54,801 nt of DNA from Candidatus Amesbacteria bacterium GW2011_GWA1_47_20 (GTDB lineage Bacteria > Patescibacteriota > Microgenomatia > CAZETR01 > Amesbacteraceae): NCBI GenBank assembly GCA_001002405.1, contig LCOA01000002.1, forward strand, positions 1 to 54,801, read 5' to 3'. Within the stretch, counting starts at the first letter, position 1; the number at the start of each line of letters is the position of its first letter. Shown piece by piece: positions 52,175 through 54,801 of this stretch. Position numbers and translations under genes: made by a program. The notes beneath the pieces are model-generated. The model was not told the origin of the DNA and did no database searches. It saw nothing but the letters and a program-made list of their open reading frames with translations.

Positions 52175-52440
52175 GCGCGCAGAATGAGCGAGGCAAAAAT
52201 AAGTACCGCAAAAATGGCTACAAGTAAATATTCGAAAACTATCTTGATATGCAAATCCCGATGATGGGCGTGGTGAACAACTCCCCAAACAACATAAGAG
52301 GCGGCCATGCTGACTAGAATTCCTAGCTGAAGAAAACGGTGATAGTCGAACCAGAAAATGCCCCACAGGCCCACAAGCATCACACAGAGAAGGACAAAAT
52401 AATGCAAAGGGTGATGGGCGAAATCGTGTTCGAATGTCAC
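52171..52440 (-). CDS. Small His-rich three-TM membrane protein
   Basis: (M)TFEHDFAHHPLHYFVLL...WGVVHHAHHRDLHIK... GTG 52440 forms a GTGA overlap with the upstream stop. Confidence 0.4.
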   Translation of the reverse strand: MTFEHDFAHHPLHYFVLLCVMLVGLWGIFWFDYHRFLQLGILVSMAASYVVWGVVHHAHHRDLHIKIVFEYLLVAIFAVLIFASLILRA

Positions 52441-53279
52441 AGTATTTGGCCTTTGGAAATAATGAAGGCGGCTATTAACAAGGCTAACATAAATAACAGA
52501 TGGGCAAAACTTTTGCTGGTCCAGCGGACAACTTTTTTCTGATAAACGGCAACCAGATCAATAACCAGTACGGTGACAAAAATGATAAGCAAGGTAAGGG
52601 AAACGGCCTTGGTTACGTCAAATGGAGAAACTTTGGGCGTGACGATGCCGACAGTTGACGTGGCCGCGGAAACGGGCTGGACAATGCGGGCGGCGGGAGC
52701 GATAGCCGGAGCAGCCGAGAGTTTGGTACCAAACAATTGCACTACCAAAGTAGTCTCCCGGCCCTCTAATGTGCCGTCGACCACGGCGATACCAATGTCC
52801 CGGTAATTACTGTTGAGGAGATTTTCGCGGTGGGTAGGTGAAGCCACCCAGGCGTCAACGATGGATTTGGCATCCGAAAAATCCCGGGCCAGGTTTTCTC
52901 CGGCGTAGCGGTAGGCATACCCGGCAGAGGTGACGAAATACCAAGGTTGAGTGCCAACGGGCGAGACATGGGCCCAGTAATTTCTGGCAAACATATCCGC
53001 GGCTTTTTGAGCGGCGGCTGTGGAAAGTTCGCTGTCTAATTTCACTTCCGACAAACCTGCAGCTGTCCGCTGAACATTGGTCAAGCGGACAATGTCCTCC
53101 GGAGAAATCTGGGAAGCGTAACCTAAGATCTGCGGGTAACCAGTGGCTAATTGACTGAGAAGTAGTTGGAATCCCAAAAAGAAGCCGATGGTAAGAACTA
53201 AAGATGAGGGGTGAAGAAACTTGGCCCGCTGATTATTGGATTCGTGGGGAAAGAAGAGGTGGCGCAGGAATTTCCACAT
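52437..53279 (-). CDS. CAP/SCP (YkwD-like) domain protein with N- and C-terminal TM segments
   Basis: NVQRTAAGLSEVKLDSELSTAAAQKAADMFARNYWAHV...GENLA...WVASPTHRENLLNSNYRDIGIAV. Confidence 0.75.
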   Translation of the reverse strand: MWKFLRHLFFPHESNNQRAKFLHPSSLVLTIGFFLGFQLLLSQLATGYPQILGYASQISPEDIVRLTNVQRTAAGLSEVKLDSELSTAAAQKAADMFARNYWAHVSPVGTQPWYFVTSAGYAYRYAGENLARDFSDAKSIVDAWVASPTHRENLLNSNYRDIGIAVVDGTLEGRETTLVVQLFGTKLSAAPAIAPAARIVQPVSAATSTVGIVTPKVSPFDVTKAVSLTLLIIFVTVLVIDLVAVYQKKVVRWTSKSFAHLLFMLALLIAAFIISKGQIL

Positions 53280-53289
53280 TTGGAAACTA

Positions 53290-54801
53290 TTATGGGCGAC
53301 GCCAGAGCAGAAGTCCAGAGATGATCAAGCCGAGTAAGGCCGTAGGGATGATGACCAGCCACCAGTTGAAATTGAAAGTAGAAGTGCCCCGGACTTGGGG
53401 AGTGGGGGTGGGCGTAGGAGTGGGAGTGGACAAAATCTCCTCTTCTGTTTCTTCAATCTCTTCGGTGGCTACCCCTAAGACGGCGGCGGGTGCTGGGGGA
53501 ACAGCCGGAGGAGTATTCACAGTGGGATTACCTCCTCCACCACCACCGCCGCCACCGGCACTGGCTTCACTGTATGTTCTGGTCATACCTTCGGCGCTAA
53601 TGACCACCGGAGTACCGGCGGAAACAATGCGCCAGTAGTAGCCCATATTGCTAGACAATCCACCTACCACAATTGCATGGGAAGTGCCGTAGTCCGGAAC
53701 GGAATGTTCGGTTCCGGTGCTACTTGCATATCCGTAATTTGGTGAAGCGGAAGGATCAACGCTGCCGTGACTAAGGGTGTCGTAAATTATGCGGCCATCA
53801 GTGGGCCGGTCGGTATTCCAGGTGATTTCAATGCGGGTAGTGTCTATGGTATGACCGTAGATATTGGAAATTACGGCGGCGACATAAATTGGCTCGTCAA
53901 TAGTGGTGACGTTGTCTGCATTATCGGTGACAATAACCCGCAAGATATATTTACCCAGAGCCAAGGACGTAGTGTTCCAGGAAGAACCGGCAATATCATG
54001 GAAACTTTCCTCGCCATCAGCGCGATATTGGAACTGGGTGGACTTGATGCCCGTCATGTTATCGTCTTTGGCGGCCACGGACAAAGCCGCGGTGCCAGAA
54101 ATGGTAGTGTTTGCGGCCGGAGTTGTCCAGGCCACCTCCGGATTTGCGCCATCAGATGTTTCCTCCCATGTAGTGTCAACTAATTCATTGCTGGCTGGCG
54201 ATTGATCATGAACGCTGGTTTCGCCACCGGTGCGTGAGTAAGAAACGTCAGGCATAGTACCCGTGTCGTTGACAGACTTTTCCGTAAGATGTAATAGGAT
54301 AGTGTCATCGTTTGCAGTGGCACCCGAATCCACGGAAGAAACGGTGTAATCGTCGGAGACTGTCCAGTGATCTGCTTCGTCTATAAGAAGCTCGTCGTCT
54401 ATAGGTTCTGAAAACCGGACTTCGATAGTATCCAGGCGACCGTTTGGATCTGTATCTCTGGTAACGGCAGAAATTATGGCAGGTTCGGCCAAGTCGGTAG
54501 TTGGCCAAGTATCGCCAACCAACTCGTTGCCGGCTAAATCGTAAGTGCTTCTCTCCCCATCACTTGAGGCATAGGTAACAGAAGGAGTATTGGCCGTATC
54601 GGGGGTGGGGCCCTCGCCAAAATTCAGAATTAAAATGCGGTCATTAACTCCGCTGCCACTAGTGATTTGTTCCGCTCCGGCTGGGTCAGCCACGTCCCAT
54701 CCGTCAGCTCCCGGCTCAAGTCGAGAATCGTCGATCGGCTCAGAGAAGGTCAATTTGACAGCATCGATGTGACCGTTGTGCTCGGAATCTTGAGTCTCGG
54801 C
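53290..54801 (-). CDS. Large repeat-containing surface protein with C-terminal TM anchor, partial (N-terminus beyond window end)
   Basis: The frame stays open to position 54801. At least three copies (one partial) of a roughly 105-aa repeat (xDxxNGxxDxxxxxFSEPIDD). Then Ig/FN3-like regions, a Gly8 run, a (PT)5 linker and a terminal WWLVIIPTALLGLIISGLLLWRRP. Confidence 0.6.
   Translation of the reverse strand, partial: AETQDSEHNGHIDAVKLTFSEPIDDSRLEPGADGWDVADPAGAEQITSGSGVNDRILILNFGEGPTPDTANTPSVTYASSDGERSTYDLAGNELVGDTWPTTDLAEPAIISAVTRDTDPNGRLDTIEVRFSEPIDDELLIDEADHWTVSDDYTVSSVDSGATANDDTILLHLTEKSVNDTGTMPDVSYSRTGGETSVHDQSPASNELVDTTWEETSDGANPEVAWTTPAANTTISGTAALSVAAKDDNMTGIKSTQFQYRADGEESFHDIAGSSWNTTSLALGKYILRVIVTDNADNVTTIDEPIYVAAVISNIYGHTIDTTRIEITWNTDRPTDGRIIYDTLSHGSVDPSASPNYGYASSTGTEHSVPDYGTSHAIVVGGLSSNMGYYWRIVSAGTPVVISAEGMTRTYSEASAGGGGGGGGGNPTVNTPPAVPPAPAAVLGVATEEIEETEEEILSTPTPTPTPTPQVRGTSTFNFNWWLVIIPTALLGLIISGLLLWRRP

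Noticed and set aside
51608-52366. N-terminal extensions of track ORFs: 51608-52366, 42171-43622, 39570-40847, 38081-39676, 36638-37432, 30281-31903, 17199-18458, 16046-17248, 6974-8557, 1979-2983, 20869-21438, 45706-46773.
   Set aside because: The extensions overlap the upstream gene in another frame, are non-hydrophobic or Arg/Pro-rich, or begin at TTG. In each case an internal ATG/GTG gives an ATGA/GTGA or short overlap and an N-terminus matching the paralogs.
1-54801. I searched for rRNA, tRNA, transposase, integrase, toxin-antitoxin or known defence-system genes.
   Set aside because: No ORF shows the corresponding motifs, and non-coding space is too small to hold RNA genes. The DUF4143 ATPase alone is not sufficient evidence for a defence or mobile element.

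Overview
This 54.8-kb window is almost fully coding, with very tight gene packing and moderate GC. It reads as one very large cell-envelope glycosylation locus from a small-genome, CPR-like bacterium; that taxonomic guess is inference only.

Main content:
- About 20 polytopic GT-C-type membrane glycosyltransferase-like genes. Seven are canonical PMT/ArnT-like (GT39-like) paralogs that share an almost invariant first-loop signature, WDEAALGYNAYSLLxTGRDE...SFGDYKP. Three more are eroded or truncated paralogs. There is also one ArnT/PMT_2-type gene, a tandem trio of a second subfamily with a DEGRD-type loop, two PTPS-related/YfhO-like genes, and PIG-V/Gpi18- or DUF2029-like genes.
- Eleven GT2 genes, two of them disrupted, and four of them polyprenyl-phosphate glycosyltransferase (DPM1/ALG5/GtrB)-like. 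One of those four is fused to a GT-C domain and one to a GtrA domain.
- Two GT4 genes, a SAM methyltransferase, a Wzx-type flippase and rmlABCD.
- Non-glycosylation genes: an AAA/DUF4143 ATPase, trmD, thpR, a CAP-domain protein and a repeat-containing anchored surface protein.
- An AT-rich islet carrying a histidine phosphatase, an ATP-grasp-like enzyme and small TM peptides.

Structural signals beyond the genes:
1. Operon heads have a -10-like hexamer 6-10 nt upstream of the ATG and no Shine-Dalgarno, which suggests leaderless mRNAs. These include 14-41 bp bidirectional promoter regions with overlapping or palindromic boxes.
2. Fifteen ATGA/GTGA stop-start overlaps link genes inside the operons.
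3. Many short tandem repeats with 7, 8, 9 or 14 nt periods lie inside coding sequence. One is a 37-nt element shared at 35/37 identity by two unrelated genes.

No rRNA, tRNA, CRISPR array, transposase or integrase was seen. All family calls come from motif recognition by eye; no database search was possible.
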